A stretch of DNA of 64,000 nt from IMG/VR virus record IMGVR_UViG_3300032332_000934, positions 1 to 64,000 of that record. The stretch is one strand, 5' to 3'. Source of the stretch: a virus. Its lineage: Duplodnaviria > Caudoviricetes. Below the pieces are notes generated by a model. The model saw only the letters and a list, made by a program, of their open reading frames with translations, had not been told where the DNA came from and made no database searches. A program made the position numbers and the translations under genes. Position 1 is the first letter of the stretch, and each line of letters starts with the position of its first letter. Positions 1 through 10,400 of this stretch are shown here, piece after piece.

Positions 1-1478
1 AATGTTGGTGAAGCAAGGTCTGCTTTTAATCCTAAGCTTGTTGAAAGGCCTGAGATCTTAGACTGAGCAATACCTGCTGATGCGTTAACGTCTGCATCAA
101 CAATTGTTCCATCTGCAATTTTTCCAGATGTTACTGCTCCTGTTGCAATTTTTCCTTCTGTTACTGCAAGTGCTGCAATTTTATCTTCTGTGACAGCCGA
201 GTCATTAATCTTTGCTGTTGTAACATTCAAATTTGCAATTTTTGCTTCTGTTACTGCAAGTGCGTCTATTTCTGAAGTTCCGACTGCAGAAGCTGCAATC
301 TTTGCTGCTGTAACTGAATCATCTGCAAGTTCTGAGGTTCCAACAGCAGATGCTGCAATGTGGCTTGAACCAACTGCATCTGTTGCAATTTTAGCAGAAG
401 TGACTGCAACGTCTGCAATCTCTGAAGTTCCAACTGCACCTGCTGCAATCTTTGCTGCTGTAACTGAATCATCTGCAAGTTTAGCTTCTGTGACTGATAC
501 TGCTGCAATCTTTGCAGTAGTTACAGAAGAATCTGTAAGACTTGTTGTTGTTATTGAATCTACGGCCATAGATGCTGCGACTACAGATCCAGCTGTTGGA
601 GTTCTAGTATCTGAAAGTCTTGCATCTGCTGTATAAACTAAATTTGCTGTATTTGTTATTCCATGAATATCTGTTGTGTCAATAGCATGTGCTGTAAAAT
701 CTGCTGTAGCAAGTTTTGTTGCAACTGTATTATTAATACCAGTAATTGTTGATGTCATTGCTGCGGCATAATTTTCATTATCATTAAGAGCATCTGATAG
801 CTCACCCAATGTATCAAGTAGGGCTGGCGCTGTGCCTATAAGATCTGCAAGCTCTGTTTGAACATATGCTGTTGTTGCAATTTTAGTAGAGTTATCATTA
901 GCTGCTTGTGTTGGTGCTGTAGGAGTACCATCTAAAACAACACTTGTTAAAGTTTTTCCAGTAAGTGTTTGAGCGCCTGTCAAGTAAACTAAATTTGCTG
1001 TATTTGTTATTCCGTGTACAGAAGTTGAATCTTGTTCGTGAGTTGTAACTGCTGAATCTGCATATGCTTTTGTTGCAATTGTTGAATCTACAGCAACTGT
1101 TAAAGTATTTGCTGCATCATCATATGTTTTTGTAATACCTGTTCCAGCTGTAAAAGCTGTATTAACTGCGTCTTGTGCAAGCTCATTAAAATATGCTGCA
1201 TCTACTGCAATTGTAATTGAATTAGCACCGTCATTATATGTCTTTGTTAAACCTGAACCCATTGAAAGTGCTGAGTTTATTGCGTCTTGGGAAATTTCAC
1301 CAATCGCTACATCTGAGTTATTTGCGTAAGCAAGGGCTGTCCATGCTGTTGACCCGTTACCAAACTTAAAGAGGTTAGTATCTGACTCAACGCCGAGCTC
1401 TCCTGCTGCTAAAGTTGGATTTGCTGAGGTCCATTGTGAAGCGGTGCCTCTTCGTACTTGAATTCTTACTGTTGCCAT
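1..1478 (-). CDS. Tail fibre / receptor-binding protein, truncated by the window edge
   Basis: Not in the ORF track. ATG at 1478 gives MATVRIQVRRGTASQWTSANPTLAAGELGVESDTNLFKFGNG, a typical phage tail-fibre N-terminus (Mtd-N/hyaluronidase-N-like), with 10-aa VTxAKIA repeats further downstream. Confidence 0.8.
   Translation of the reverse strand, partial: MATVRIQVRRGTASQWTSANPTLAAGELGVESDTNLFKFGNGSTAWTALAYANNSDVAIGEISQDAINSALSMGSGLTKTYNDGANSITIAVDAAYFNELAQDAVNTAFTAGTGITKTYDDAANTLTVAVDSTIATKAYADSAVTTHEQDSTSVHGITNTANLVYLTGAQTLTGKTLTSVVLDGTPTAPTQAANDNSTKIATTAYVQTELADLIGTAPALLDTLGELSDALNDNENYAAAMTSTITGINNTVATKLATADFTAHAIDTTDIHGITNTANLVYTADARLSDTRTPTAGSVVAASMAVDSITTTSLTDSSVTTAKIAAVSVTEAKLADDSVTAAKIAAGAVGTSEIADVAVTSAKIATDAVGSSHIAASAVGTSELADDSVTAAKIAASAVGTSEIDALAVTEAKIANLNVTTAKINDSAVTEDKIAALAVTEGKIATGAVTSGKIADGTIVDADVNASAGIAQSKISGLSTSLGLKADLASPT
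100..580 (-). repeat. Degenerate 30-bp (10-aa) tandem coding repeat, VT(E/A)AKIAxxA
   Basis: GCAAT(T/C) recurs at multiples of 30 bp, e.g. 115, 175, 235, 295. Confidence 0.8.
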
Positions 1479-1530
1479 TTTATTACCCCTTTATATTTTA
1501 TTTATACTGCTTATTATATCATTTATTACT

Positions 1531-1896
1531 TTAAGCTAGAGCACCTGAATCAAAAACCATTGAAACATCATTATCTGTAGAGGATGGTGATCCTCCATCG
1601 ATAAACTTATTTATTCCTGTTGGAGTGACTCCATTTGCCTGAACTGTATATATTGGCTGTCCATTATAATCAATAGCTAAACCAATATCCATAAAGCTAA
1701 TATCTTGTGAAGTGTCTGGAATATCAGAATTAAATGCAATTGGAACCCAAATGCCATTTAATTGAATTTGTAGCTTGCTTGTTACTGTATCAAATCTAAG
1801 GGGTGTTTCTCCTAAAACAACATTAGACCCAAATGTGGCAGTTCCTGCGACATTGAGCCCATTCTTTACTTTAAAATTCTTATCTACTGTTGCCAT
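1531..1896 (-). CDS. Tail-associated structural protein
   Basis: N-terminus MATVDKNFKVKNGL is paralogous to the neighbouring fibre gene; lies in the structural cluster. Confidence 0.6.
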   Translation of the reverse strand: MATVDKNFKVKNGLNVAGTATFGSNVVLGETPLRFDTVTSKLQIQLNGIWVPIAFNSDIPDTSQDISFMDIGLAIDYNGQPIYTVQANGVTPTGINKFIDGGSPSSTDNDVSMVFDSGALA

Positions 1897-1964
1897 TTAA
1901 GTTCACATATCCCCTAAGTTTTTGTTGGGGGATTTTTAAGGAATCCCCCGAAACCTTTATTTAA

Positions 1965-3689
1965 TTATTTAATTAGTATTCCAACAACAATAACTTCTGT
2001 GTTAGCGTTTGCTGGTGTTACTCTGATTCTTACATCTGATCCAGAATAATCTGCTGTTACTGCTGCTAGCTCTGTTCCGTTTGAATATGTAATTCCATAT
2101 TCAGAAACTCCTACGTTATTTGCAGTATCAAGTGTTACAACCAAATCTGACACCTGGGTGTGAACACCATTTTTTGCTTTAACTACAAGCTTAGCACTTC
2201 TGTAATCTGCTGCTACCCATGAGATAGCTGTTGTTTCTGCTGCTACTGCAATGTTTCCAGTTGTTGCTGCAACTTGCTTAGCAACAGAGTTGTAATTAAT
2301 TGCTGTAAATGATGTAGTTCCATTTTGCTGAGCAGTATTAGCTGCTGCTGCGGTTGCTTCTGCTGCTGCTTGAGCTGCGTTGGCCTTAGATGTAGCATCT
2401 GATGCAGCAGTTGAAACTGCTGTTGATACATTAGCTGTAGTTGCTAGAAGTGAAGTATCTGCAATTCCATGAATATTTGTTGTATCTGATTCATGTGAAG
2501 AAAGCGCTGATGCTGCAGTTGCTTCTGCACCTGACTTGGCATTGTTGGCCTTAGTTGTTGCATCTGTTGCTGCTGCTGAGATAGCTGCTGCTTGAGCTGC
2601 GTTAGCCTTAGTTGTTGCGTCTGATGCTGCGGTTGCTTCTGCTGCTGCTTGAGCTGCGTCTGCTTCAGCCTTAGCAAATGCTGTAGTTGCAATCTGAGTT
2701 GTATCAGTATTTGCTGCTGCAGTAGGTGCTGTTGGTACACCAGTTAGTGCTGGTGAAGCAAGTGGGGCTTTTGTTCCCAAAGCTGTTGTAATAGTTGTTG
2801 TGTAATTAGCATCATCATTTATTGCTGCTGCTAATTCATTTAATGTATTAAGAAGTGCTGGCGCTCCATCAACAAGACCATCTACTGCTGTTGCAATTGC
2901 TGTGCCAGCTGCTGTTGCTGCTGCTGAGATAGCCGCTGCTTGTGCTGCGTTGGCCTTAGTTGTAGCATCTGATGCTGCTGCTGAGATAGCTGCTGCTTGT
3001 GCTGCGTTAGCCTTAGATGTAGCATCTGCTGCTGCTGCTGAGATAGCTGCTGACTGTGCTGCGTTAGCCTTGGTTGTAGCATCTGTTGCGGCTGCTGTAG
3101 TTGCTGCTGACTGTGCTGCGTTAGCTTTAGTTGTTGCATCTGATGCTGCTGCTGAGATAGCTGCTGCTTGTGCTGCGTTGGCCTTAGATGTAGCATCTGC
3201 TGCTGCAGTTGATACTGAAGCTGCGTCGCCTGATACTCTAAGTGCTGCTTCTGCTGCTACCTTAGTTGTTGCATCTGTTCCTGCTGCAGTAATTGCTGCA
3301 GATTGTGCTGCTGCTGCTGAGCCTGCTGCATCGTATGCTGCGGCTGTTGCTGAAAGTGCACGAGCATCTGTGAAGTATTTGTTTGATGCATTTTCTGCAA
3401 GGTCTGCTGTGTCATGATTTGAAAGACTTGAAACTGTACCTGTTACATTACCAGTAAGGTTACCAACAAATGTAGCAGTAATTGTTCCTGCAGCAAAGTT
3501 ACCTGATGCATCACGCTTAACTACAGTATTTACTGTGTTAGCTGAAGTTGCTGTACCACCAATAAGACCAACAATGTAGTCTTGATCTGCCTGTGCCTTG
3601 GTTAATACACCAAAACCGTTAACGGTAGCTGTGCCACCTTCAACGATAAGACCATTTTTAATTCTAAAATTCTTGTTTACTGTTGCCAT
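1965..3689 (-). CDS. Long Ala-rich tail fibre protein
   Basis: Phage fibre motifs LNTLNELAAAI and APLASPALTGVPTAPT; 19-aa coiled-coil repeats. Confidence 0.8.
   Translation of the reverse strand: MATVNKNFRIKNGLIVEGGTATVNGFGVLTKAQADQDYIVGLIGGTATSANTVNTVVKRDASGNFAAGTITATFVGNLTGNVTGTVSSLSNHDTADLAENASNKYFTDARALSATAAAYDAAGSAAAAQSAAITAAGTDATTKVAAEAALRVSGDAASVSTAAADATSKANAAQAAAISAAASDATTKANAAQSAATTAAATDATTKANAAQSAAISAAAADATSKANAAQAAAISAAASDATTKANAAQAAAISAAATAAGTAIATAVDGLVDGAPALLNTLNELAAAINDDANYTTTITTALGTKAPLASPALTGVPTAPTAAANTDTTQIATTAFAKAEADAAQAAAEATAASDATTKANAAQAAAISAAATDATTKANNAKSGAEATAASALSSHESDTTNIHGIADTSLLATTANVSTAVSTAASDATSKANAAQAAAEATAAAANTAQQNGTTSFTAINYNSVAKQVAATTGNIAVAAETTAISWVAADYRSAKLVVKAKNGVHTQVSDLVVTLDTANNVGVSEYGITYSNGTELAAVTADYSGSDVRIRVTPANANTEVIVVGILIK
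2920..3205 (-). repeat. 57-bp (19-aa) tandem repeat, DATxKANAAQAAAISAAAS, about 5 copies plus dispersed copies
   Basis: TGTGCTGCGTT at 2941, 2998, 3055, 3112 and 3169. Confidence 0.9.
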
Positions 3690-3715
3690 TGATATGACTC
3701 CCTTTTACTGCTTTT

Positions 3716-4267
3716 TTATGCTTTTAATGCTGTTCTAAAATATCTTACTTTTATTGATCCTGAAACAGGTGTTACGCATAGACTTATTATACCGCTATTT
3801 TCTTCAAAAGTAACTGTAGCTAAAGATAAATCTGTGTTTGATACTATGTCTGACTCTGAGATGTAAACATTAGTTCCATCGTTAAGCAAAAGAATTGTTG
3901 AGGTATGAGTTAGGTTTCCAGCAGACTTATCAATCTGTAATGTGTATCTAACTGTTTTATATACTGTTTTTGAAAATGAGTCTATAGTTGTTTTATTTTC
4001 TATACCCTCTATAGTAAGATCATTGTTTCCGTCCAAACCAAGAAGCTCTGAAGCATTTTCTGCATCTAGAACTGATAAGCTTGTCTCTAACTGACTTACT
4101 TTATAGTCTATTGAGTTTACATCTGTTGATCCATTTACACCAAGCTTATTTTCAATTGCCTCAATTGCATCATTGACATTACCGTGCAGGTCTGCATGGC
4201 CTTCCATTGATTCAGTTGCGGCAGGATTTGTAAGATTATCTTTTGATGTTGGGTAGCTAGTTGCCAA
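3716..4267 (-). CDS. Tail fibre-associated structural protein
   Basis: C-terminal domain (YKTVRYTLQI...NVYISE) resembles the C-terminus of 1965..3689. Confidence 0.6.
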   Translation of the reverse strand: MATSYPTSKDNLTNPAATESMEGHADLHGNVNDAIEAIENKLGVNGSTDVNSIDYKVSQLETSLSVLDAENASELLGLDGNNDLTIEGIENKTTIDSFSKTVYKTVRYTLQIDKSAGNLTHTSTILLLNDGTNVYISESDIVSNTDLSLATVTFEENSGIISLCVTPVSGSIKVRYFRTALKA

Positions 4268-4634
4268 TTTGTCCTCCGTCCAACAGTGTTAATTCTGTGT
4301 AACTTGCGTTTGCATACGATGATGTTGGAGTACCACCGTCTAGACCAATTATAGCAGGATTAGTTTCTAATACGCCATCATTATTGTTAATATCTTCAGA
4401 AAAGTTTATTGTTTCTTGAAGGTTAACTGTATGTACATTTCCATCATAGGAATGTGTATGCATATAGAATGGGGCGGGATCAGTAGAGCCAGGAGTTAAG
4501 TCAACCCACACTGCACCGTTGTAAATTTTAATGTTTTTGCTTGTTACATTAAAATAAACATCTCCAGTAGATCCGCTCAACGGATCTTCTGCAAGTGTAA
4601 GAAGATTTAATAATGACTTAAACTTTTTGGCCAT
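4257..4634 (-). CDS. Tail-associated structural protein
   Basis: GDVYFN...IKIYNGAVW fibre motif; N-terminus paralogous to 4644..5711. Confidence 0.6.
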   Translation of the reverse strand: MAKKFKSLLNLLTLAEDPLSGSTGDVYFNVTSKNIKIYNGAVWVDLTPGSTDPAPFYMHTHSYDGNVHTVNLQETINFSEDINNNDGVLETNPAIIGLDGGTPTSSYANASYTELTLLDGGQIGN

Positions 4635-4643
4635 TTGAAATCC

Positions 4644-5711
4644 TTATCCTATTACAACTACTCTATATTCTCCAGATGCTGGTGCAACTGCAAATTTAAT
4701 AGTTACAACTGAGTCTGATGTATGCTCAACATCTGCAACTATTTCTGCATATGGTGAAGCAACTTCATAAATAGAAGCAACTATGTCTTTTGTTCCCAGA
4801 TTGTGGGTTACTGTATAAGATGTTGCCGAAGTGTTTAGCGTAGTCTTATACTTTCTTGTTATTTCATGATAATTTGTGCCATCATTTGTTAATGTCCATT
4901 GGTCTGCCGTTTCGTTCCACAAAAGCTCTACATCTGTAGAGGTTCCACGGTTTACCTTAAGGCCAGCATCTGCTGATGGGGCTCCTGTTACGTTTGTGTT
5001 AAGAACTACTTTATTATCAACAATATTAACTTCTGTTGTACTTATTGAGTTAATAGATCCTTGAACATCAAGGTTTCCACCAATGCTTAAGTTACCAGTA
5101 ATTGATACATCATCTGGCAATCCAATAGTTACTGCTGCGGATTCTGATCCAGAGCCTGATACTGTAATTTCTCCAGATGTCCCTGCAATTGTTGAAACAT
5201 AGCTTCCAGTTGTATCAGTTCCGAGGGAAACTGAGTTTGGCTGAATTGTAGTTGATATTGTAACATCACCCAAATTGGTCATTGTTGCAGAACCAGTTAC
5301 ATCTCCTGAAAGTGTAATTACTGGATCTGGAATACTTGTTTCGGCTGCAGATGTTAGTCTACCTTGTGCGTCAACTGTAAATGAAGGTATAGATGAAGAT
5401 GAACCGTAAGATCCAGCGGTTACTGATGTATCGTTTAACTTTAATGTTGTTGTTCCTGCTGGATCGTTATAGGTAGCTGTAAGAGCGGTACCGCCTAATA
5501 CGGATGAGCCAATGATGTCTTGAATAACTTCTGTAGAGCCAGATGCGGGTGTCCACTCTGTTCCATTATAGAAGTAAAGAATATTTGTGCCAGTATTGTA
5601 GTATATTTGACCAGATACTGGATTTGAAGGCGCTGCTCCTAAGTTTTGAATTCTAGCATTGAGCAACTCATTCTTGTTGAGATCAACGCTAACTAAAAAT
5701 TTTCTTGCCAT
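4644..5711 (-). CDS. Tail fibre-like protein
   Basis: GQIYYN...[23 protein letters not shown] and VTHNLGT motifs typical of phage fibres. Confidence 0.75.
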   Translation of the reverse strand: MARKFLVSVDLNKNELLNARIQNLGAAPSNPVSGQIYYNTGTNILYFYNGTEWTPASGSTEVIQDIIGSSVLGGTALTATYNDPAGTTTLKLNDTSVTAGSYGSSSSIPSFTVDAQGRLTSAAETSIPDPVITLSGDVTGSATMTNLGDVTISTTIQPNSVSLGTDTTGSYVSTIAGTSGEITVSGSGSESAAVTIGLPDDVSITGNLSIGGNLDVQGSINSISTTEVNIVDNKVVLNTNVTGAPSADAGLKVNRGTSTDVELLWNETADQWTLTNDGTNYHEITRKYKTTLNTSATSYTVTHNLGTKDIVASIYEVASPYAEIVADVEHTSDSVVTIKFAVAPASGEYRVVVIG

Positions 5712-5722
5712 TTGCTATCTCC

Positions 5723-6163
5723 TTATGACAGGTATGCTGTCCCTGAAAATGGTTGAGCCATAGTCAGTGTTATTTGGTTAGTGCTATTGTAATCTATTCC
5801 AGTTTCCAAAATATCTCCTGCGCTTGATTTAACAGTTACATTTGGTTGATAGCCAAGACCGTGGCTTATAACAACAGAATATACACCAAGCAGTGGGCCA
5901 GTAACTTGAGTAAGCTCCCAGGCATATGCTAGTGTATTATTTGTTAGAAATATTTTATTTGATCCTGACCATGTTGAGTCAGAAACTTTTGGTCCGTGAA
6001 AAGCGGCGGAAACCGTGTCAAAATAAAAATCACCAGTGAGTCCTAAATTTGCTGACGGGTCTCCAGACCCATTCAGAATAGTTCTTCCTCTTGGTCCTTG
6101 TGGACCAGGTGAAGAAATTATGACTTTGTTTATTTGTTCTTTAACAACTACGGACTCTGCCAT
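5723..6163 (-). CDS. Structural protein with short collagen-like GPQGPRG segment
   Basis: Translation and structural gene context. Confidence 0.6.
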   Translation of the reverse strand: MAESVVVKEQINKVIISSPGPQGPRGRTILNGSGDPSANLGLTGDFYFDTVSAAFHGPKVSDSTWSGSNKIFLTNNTLAYAWELTQVTGPLLGVYSVVISHGLGYQPNVTVKSSAGDILETGIDYNSTNQITLTMAQPFSGTAYLS

Positions 6164-6510
6164 TATATGGTTACCGATCTATTTAGGGTAATAAACCCTT
6201 CAAGGAGTTTTATTTTATTCGCATTAGAATCTACGACCATAATGTCATATACTGACTTTGGATAAAAAAGTTTATTTGTTTGAGTTGGTGTAAGTGTTAC
6301 AGTTAATTTACCAAGGGAGCCATTTATTACAATGCCGCCACTTGGAGATGTTAAAGTTACTGCTAGCTTTGTTCCACCTTTTACATCACGTACCTGCATT
6401 TTTGCAGATGCGCCAGTTAGATCAATAGCATTATCATTTTCATCTTTATATTCTACTACAAAGCTAAATGTTGCATTTTGATCTACTTCAAAATTCTTTT
6501 GTCCTGCCAT
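6163..6510 (-). CDS. Baseplate/tail adaptor-like protein (BppU-N-like)
   Basis: IDLTGASAKMQVR...YDI..D..KLLEG pattern common in phage tail adaptors. Confidence 0.6.
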   Translation of the reverse strand: MAGQKNFEVDQNATFSFVVEYKDENDNAIDLTGASAKMQVRDVKGGTKLAVTLTSPSGGIVINGSLGKLTVTLTPTQTNKLFYPKSVYDIMVVDSNANKIKLLEGFITLNRSVTI

Positions 6511-6532
6511 TTGCCATAGTCTCCTAAATAGG

Positions 6533-6568
6533 AATACTCCTGTACTAATTTTAGCACAGGAGTATTTC
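6533..6568. terminator. Inverted repeat (putative terminator or operator)
   Basis: AATACTCCTGT...ACAGGAGTATT in an intergenic gap. Confidence 0.5.
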
Positions 6569-6581
6569 TAATCGACTGTTT

Positions 6582-6815
6582 TTACTTTTTGGTAAATCCG
6601 AACGATGCTTCGTTTGGATTAAGTGCTTTTAAAATTACGGGTGCTGTGGCAGCAAATCCGCCCAACATTAGGTCTCTTGGACTAGTGTTCCCAGTCATGT
6701 ACAGAGCAATTGCTGCTCCTAGAAAATGACGTCCGTAACTTGCTAGTGCTGCTAGAACTTTCTCTTGCATTGTAACCATTCCATCTCCATTAAGATCTTC
6801 TTTAGCTTTTGCCAT
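6582..6815 (-). CDS. Small membrane protein (holin-like)
   Basis: Two hydrophobic segments; ALNPNEASFG tail seen in actinophage holin-like proteins. Confidence 0.5.
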   Translation of the reverse strand: MAKAKEDLNGDGMVTMQEKVLAALASYGRHFLGAAIALYMTGNTSPRDLMLGGFAATAPVILKALNPNEASFGFTKK

Positions 6816-6887
6816 TTTTGATCCTCCTTATTTCTAGGCGGGAAGCCTAGGAATTTTGAGCCTTAGCCCAATTCTATTATTGTACCA

Positions 6888-8822
6888 CTATGCGCTAATA
6901 TCTACCAATTCACAATTGCCATCAGAGCTACATGCAAGCGTAGCATTTGTAGAAGTTCCATCTTCTGTTTCATAAAAAGATAAATCTTCCCAACGAATGC
7001 TTTTTGGCATTTTCGCAACAAGGCTCTGGTACTCTTCTTTTGTTACTTCTTGATACGGTGCCTGTTTATATGAATGATCTGAGTGTGGCAAGAATGAGAT
7101 TCCAGAAACTTCATCAAAATTTTTGTATACCCAGGACCCAACTTCCATCCATTCATCTTCTTTTACTGAAACAGTAATAGAGGGCTTATGCTCACACCAT
7201 GCACGTTGATAAACTAGCCAAATGTTTAAATGTTCAATAGCTGTCAAATCATTTCTAACAATTGCGCCCTCTGGAGCTTTTACTGGAAAAGAAAAAACAT
7301 ATGTTTCGTTTGGCTTCATGACATCGTCTTCTACTGGTATGCCAACTTCTTTAAGGAAAACAGAAATTGGATCTCCTTTTGAGCCACGAACGGTTCTTGT
7401 ATAGTAAGGAGAGTGCCAAGCATGCATACCTGAAGATACTCCAACTAATTGAGATACTGTTCCAGATGGTTTTACACAAGTAATTGCTGCCGACTCTGGA
7501 ATGCCAATCTTTTTAGCTTCGCTTTTGTTTGTTTCTCTTGCAGACTCTCTAAGACTCATTAAAAATGCTTCAAGAGAAACCAAATCTTCTTTTCCAGACA
7601 TAAATTTATGACCAAACTGCCCAGTAAGAGAAACACCAAGTAGGCGTTCTTCTTCTGTATTATCTTTCCAAATTTTACGAATATATTTAAAGTCAGTAAG
7701 AGTAGATTGCCATGTTCCAAGAATTGTAGCCAACTCAACTTTACGCTCAATTTCTTTTTTTGTGTCTTTTTCACGCAAAACTACTTCTGAAAGATTACAG
7801 AACTGATACGGTCTAAGAATAATTTCTGAGCATGGGTTAGTTCCATAATGAATTTCTGGATCTCTGCGTCCATACTTTGCTGCTTGTGCTTGAGCCGCTG
7901 CAACATTATAGATTCCACGCTCTCCTGATTTTGAATCGTACAGGGATTTCCATTCTGCAATAAATTGTTCCATATCTGGCTTTCTAGAATAAGCAACAGA
8001 GTTATTTGATAATGCACGTTGTGGGCTTGGCTCCCACCAGTTACCTGATTTAGCTTGTGCCATTTCAATATCGTTAATATTTGAAAGAGAAATCATTGCT
8101 GATCTACGAACTCCTCCTACTACAACAACTTCACCAATCTTACACATAATATCGTGACATTCAATGGGCTTAAGATTTCTTCCTGTAGCATTCTTAAATT
8201 TTGCGATTGTAAAATCAAACAAGTTTATAAGAGGTTGAGGTCCAGATGAACGTCCACCCATTGTTTTAAGTCTTGCGCCTGCGGGACGAACTTTAGAAAC
8301 ATCTATTGCTGGAATTTGACCTGACCATAGTAGCGCTAACAACTCACGATATGCTTTGGCCCAGCCTTGCTTTGAATCTTCAACCGTAATTACTGTAGTT
8401 GATTTTTCTAAAGATTCTGGGACGGAAGGAAGTTTATTGATGTACTTATACTCAACAGAAAAGCCTACTCCAGTGCCACACATAAGAATATACATTGTTT
8501 CATCAAACGAACGTGGTGAATCAACTGGAAGAAAAGCACAATTGTACCCTGCTACATTATCTCTTTCTAGAGCTGCTCCTGAAGTCATTACGGAGCGCAT
8601 AGAGGGCATGACGTTTCTTTGAAATACACCGTTTTTTAATTCCGCAACAAGCTTCTCAGTTGGAATGTAATTGTAATTTTTTTCTAAGTGGTTTAGCATA
8701 AAGTCAAAATATCTATCTACTGTCTCACCCCACGTTTCACGACGGTTCTCTTCTGGAATCCATCTAGCGTAACGAGATAACGCAATAAAATTTTCGTATG
8801 GGTTTTCAATAGTTTTAGACAT
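6888..8822 (-). CDS. nrdJ: Class II (adenosylcobalamin-dependent) ribonucleotide reductase
   Basis: YNCAF, GTGVGFS, VVVGGVRRSA, TNPCSEI, TCVKPSGTVS motifs and C-terminal C-x5-C. Confidence 0.93.
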   Translation of the reverse strand: MSKTIENPYENFIALSRYARWIPEENRRETWGETVDRYFDFMLNHLEKNYNYIPTEKLVAELKNGVFQRNVMPSMRSVMTSGAALERDNVAGYNCAFLPVDSPRSFDETMYILMCGTGVGFSVEYKYINKLPSVPESLEKSTTVITVEDSKQGWAKAYRELLALLWSGQIPAIDVSKVRPAGARLKTMGGRSSGPQPLINLFDFTIAKFKNATGRNLKPIECHDIMCKIGEVVVVGGVRRSAMISLSNINDIEMAQAKSGNWWEPSPQRALSNNSVAYSRKPDMEQFIAEWKSLYDSKSGERGIYNVAAAQAQAAKYGRRDPEIHYGTNPCSEIILRPYQFCNLSEVVLREKDTKKEIERKVELATILGTWQSTLTDFKYIRKIWKDNTEEERLLGVSLTGQFGHKFMSGKEDLVSLEAFLMSLRESARETNKSEAKKIGIPESAAITCVKPSGTVSQLVGVSSGMHAWHSPYYTRTVRGSKGDPISVFLKEVGIPVEDDVMKPNETYVFSFPVKAPEGAIVRNDLTAIEHLNIWLVYQRAWCEHKPSITVSVKEDEWMEVGSWVYKNFDEVSGISFLPHSDHSYKQAPYQEVTKEEYQSLVAKMPKSIRWEDLSFYETEDGTSTNATLACSSDGNCELVDISA

Positions 8823-9025
8823 TAATAGTACCTTTTTCTCCGCCTAGCGGTTTAATTTAATTTAAGTAGAGTCTTATTCTACCAAACTTTTTTAAGAAAG
8901 TGAAGTGTTTATAAATAAAACAGTTAAAAACAAGCTTATTATTAGTTAACTAAAACAAAATACTTGATTTATCTAGGTTGACATATTAATACTCACAATG
9001 GTATTCTTATAGTTCGTTATCTCTA

Positions 9026-9601
9026 TTGGAGGAAATGCCTATGGAGAATATAAAAGAAAAACTTAGCGATGTTTTACATCACTATGTTGCAATAACAGTA
9101 GCTATATTGTTTTTATTTACTGGTCAACCAGAAATGATTCAATCAGCATCTGCTCTGGTTGCAAAACCAGATGTAAAAACCGAAGCACAACTTAACAAGG
9201 AAACGCTGAAGCAATTCAGTAATACTGTGTGGAAACCATCCGAATCTTTAACAGATAAAGAATTGGTTGAACTTCTCAAGGCTGCGGGCTTTGAGGGTAG
9301 CGCCCTTAAAATGGCGTGGGCTGTAGCTAAAAAGGAGTCTAACGGACGCCCAATGGCTTATAACGGCAACAGGAAAACTGGAGACAGTTCTTACGGAATT
9401 TTTCAAATCAACATGTTGGGAAACCTAGGTGATGATCGTAAAGAAAAATTCAAACTGGATAGTAACTATTCGTTATTTGATCCAGCAATCAACGCAGAGA
9501 TAACGTATTATATGACCAATGGCGGTCAAGATTGGTCGTCATGGAAAGGTTTAACTACTAAGACAAAAGAGTGGCTAAACAAATTTCCATCTAAAAATTA
9601 G
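9026..9601 (+). CDS. Membrane-anchored lysozyme-like / SLT lytic transglycosylase
   Basis: N-terminal hydrophobic helix; catalytic AKKESNG and SYGIFQIN motifs. Confidence 0.8.
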   Translation: MEEMPMENIKEKLSDVLHHYVAITVAILFLFTGQPEMIQSASALVAKPDVKTEAQLNKETLKQFSNTVWKPSESLTDKELVELLKAAGFEGSALKMAWAVAKKESNGRPMAYNGNRKTGDSSYGIFQINMLGNLGDDRKEKFKLDSNYSLFDPAINAEITYYMTNGGQDWSSWKGLTTKTKEWLNKFPSKN

Positions 9602-9613
9602 AAAGGAGTTAAT

Positions 9614-9823
9614 ATTAAGGTACAACTAGTATCTAAGTATTTAACTCTTGCAAGAGAAGGCCTTGTTGCGTCGATGGACTGTCCATTATGCCAGGGCTTT
9701 CTCTTTGCCAACACAGATAATGAGGATAGTATATACTTGTATTGTTTGGCCTGTAATTATAAAAAGCAAATTGGCTTGGCCCTTTATGGCAGAATGGAAA
9801 AAGAAGTTAATGAAAAAAGTTGA
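9614..9823 (+). CDS. Zn-ribbon protein (CPLC...CLAC), probable ATT start
   Basis: Manually translated open frame; SD GAAAGGAG at 9601-9608; alternative ATG at 9674. Confidence 0.6.
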   Translation: MKVQLVSKYLTLAREGLVASMDCPLCQGFLFANTDNEDSIYLYCLACNYKKQIGLALYGRMEKEVNEKS

Positions 9824-10001
9824 TTTAGATCAGGATCTTGTAAGAGCTGTTTCTAGAAGCATACCATGCATACATATGAATACTGATTTTTTAGCTGCAA
9901 ATGCTATATCTGTATTTCTTAAATACTTAAACCACCATCTTGATAACGGAAGCACTCTTCAAGAAGCTGTGGATGGGATTAAAATTAAAGATGTTGAATA
10001 A
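9810..10001 (+). CDS. Hypothetical protein
   Basis: ATG overlaps the upstream ORF end (ORF track start trimmed). Confidence 0.55.
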   Translation: MKKVDLDQDLVRAVSRSIPCIHMNTDFLAANAISVFLKYLNHHLDNGSTLQEAVDGIKIKDVE

Positions 10002-10221
10002 TAGCGGGGATAAAGAAAGCGACGCTTTAGAAGACAATTTACCACTAGTAAATTATATAATGTCACACAGAATGTATGATATTCTTGTGCTTATAGCCAA
10101 CATGCTAGCAAAATCAAATGAAGATATACAAAAAATAGAAAAAATGATAGAATATCATAAAGATGGGTTCCTCCTTGGGCCTAATCCAGCGTATAATAAC
10201 TTAAGGGAAGAAAATGAATAA
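9991..10221 (+). CDS. Hypothetical protein
   Basis: ORF track, start trimmed to ATG at 9991. Confidence 0.6.
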   Translation: MLNNSGDKESDALEDNLPLVNYIMSHRMYDILVLIANMLAKSNEDIQKIEKMIEYHKDGFLLGPNPAYNNLREENE

Positions 10222-10399
10222 AGAAGAAGCCGTAAAAATAATGCTTGAAAAATTTCTTGAAGGAAATAGATACCTAGGAAAAGGTTCTGGAATGCCAGAA
10301 CAAGAAGTTGAAGCAAAAATATCTGAAGGATTAGTTGCAATGGAGTATCTACTTTCAGAAGTATATGATGAGATGTTAGCAAAAAATTTGCTTAAATAA
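10214..10399 (+). CDS. Hypothetical protein
   Basis: ORF track; followed by a terminator. Confidence 0.65.
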   Translation: MNKEEAVKIMLEKFLEGNRYLGKGSGMPEQEVEAKISEGLVAMEYLLSEVYDEMLAKNLLK

Positions 10400-10400
10400 T

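Noticed and set aside
190-3417. Gln-rich and Ala-rich ORFs overlapping the fibre genes (e.g. 190..636, 266..508, 2243..3196, 2902..3417)
   Set aside because: Alternate-frame or antisense shadows of repetitive Ala/Thr codons, with no RBS.
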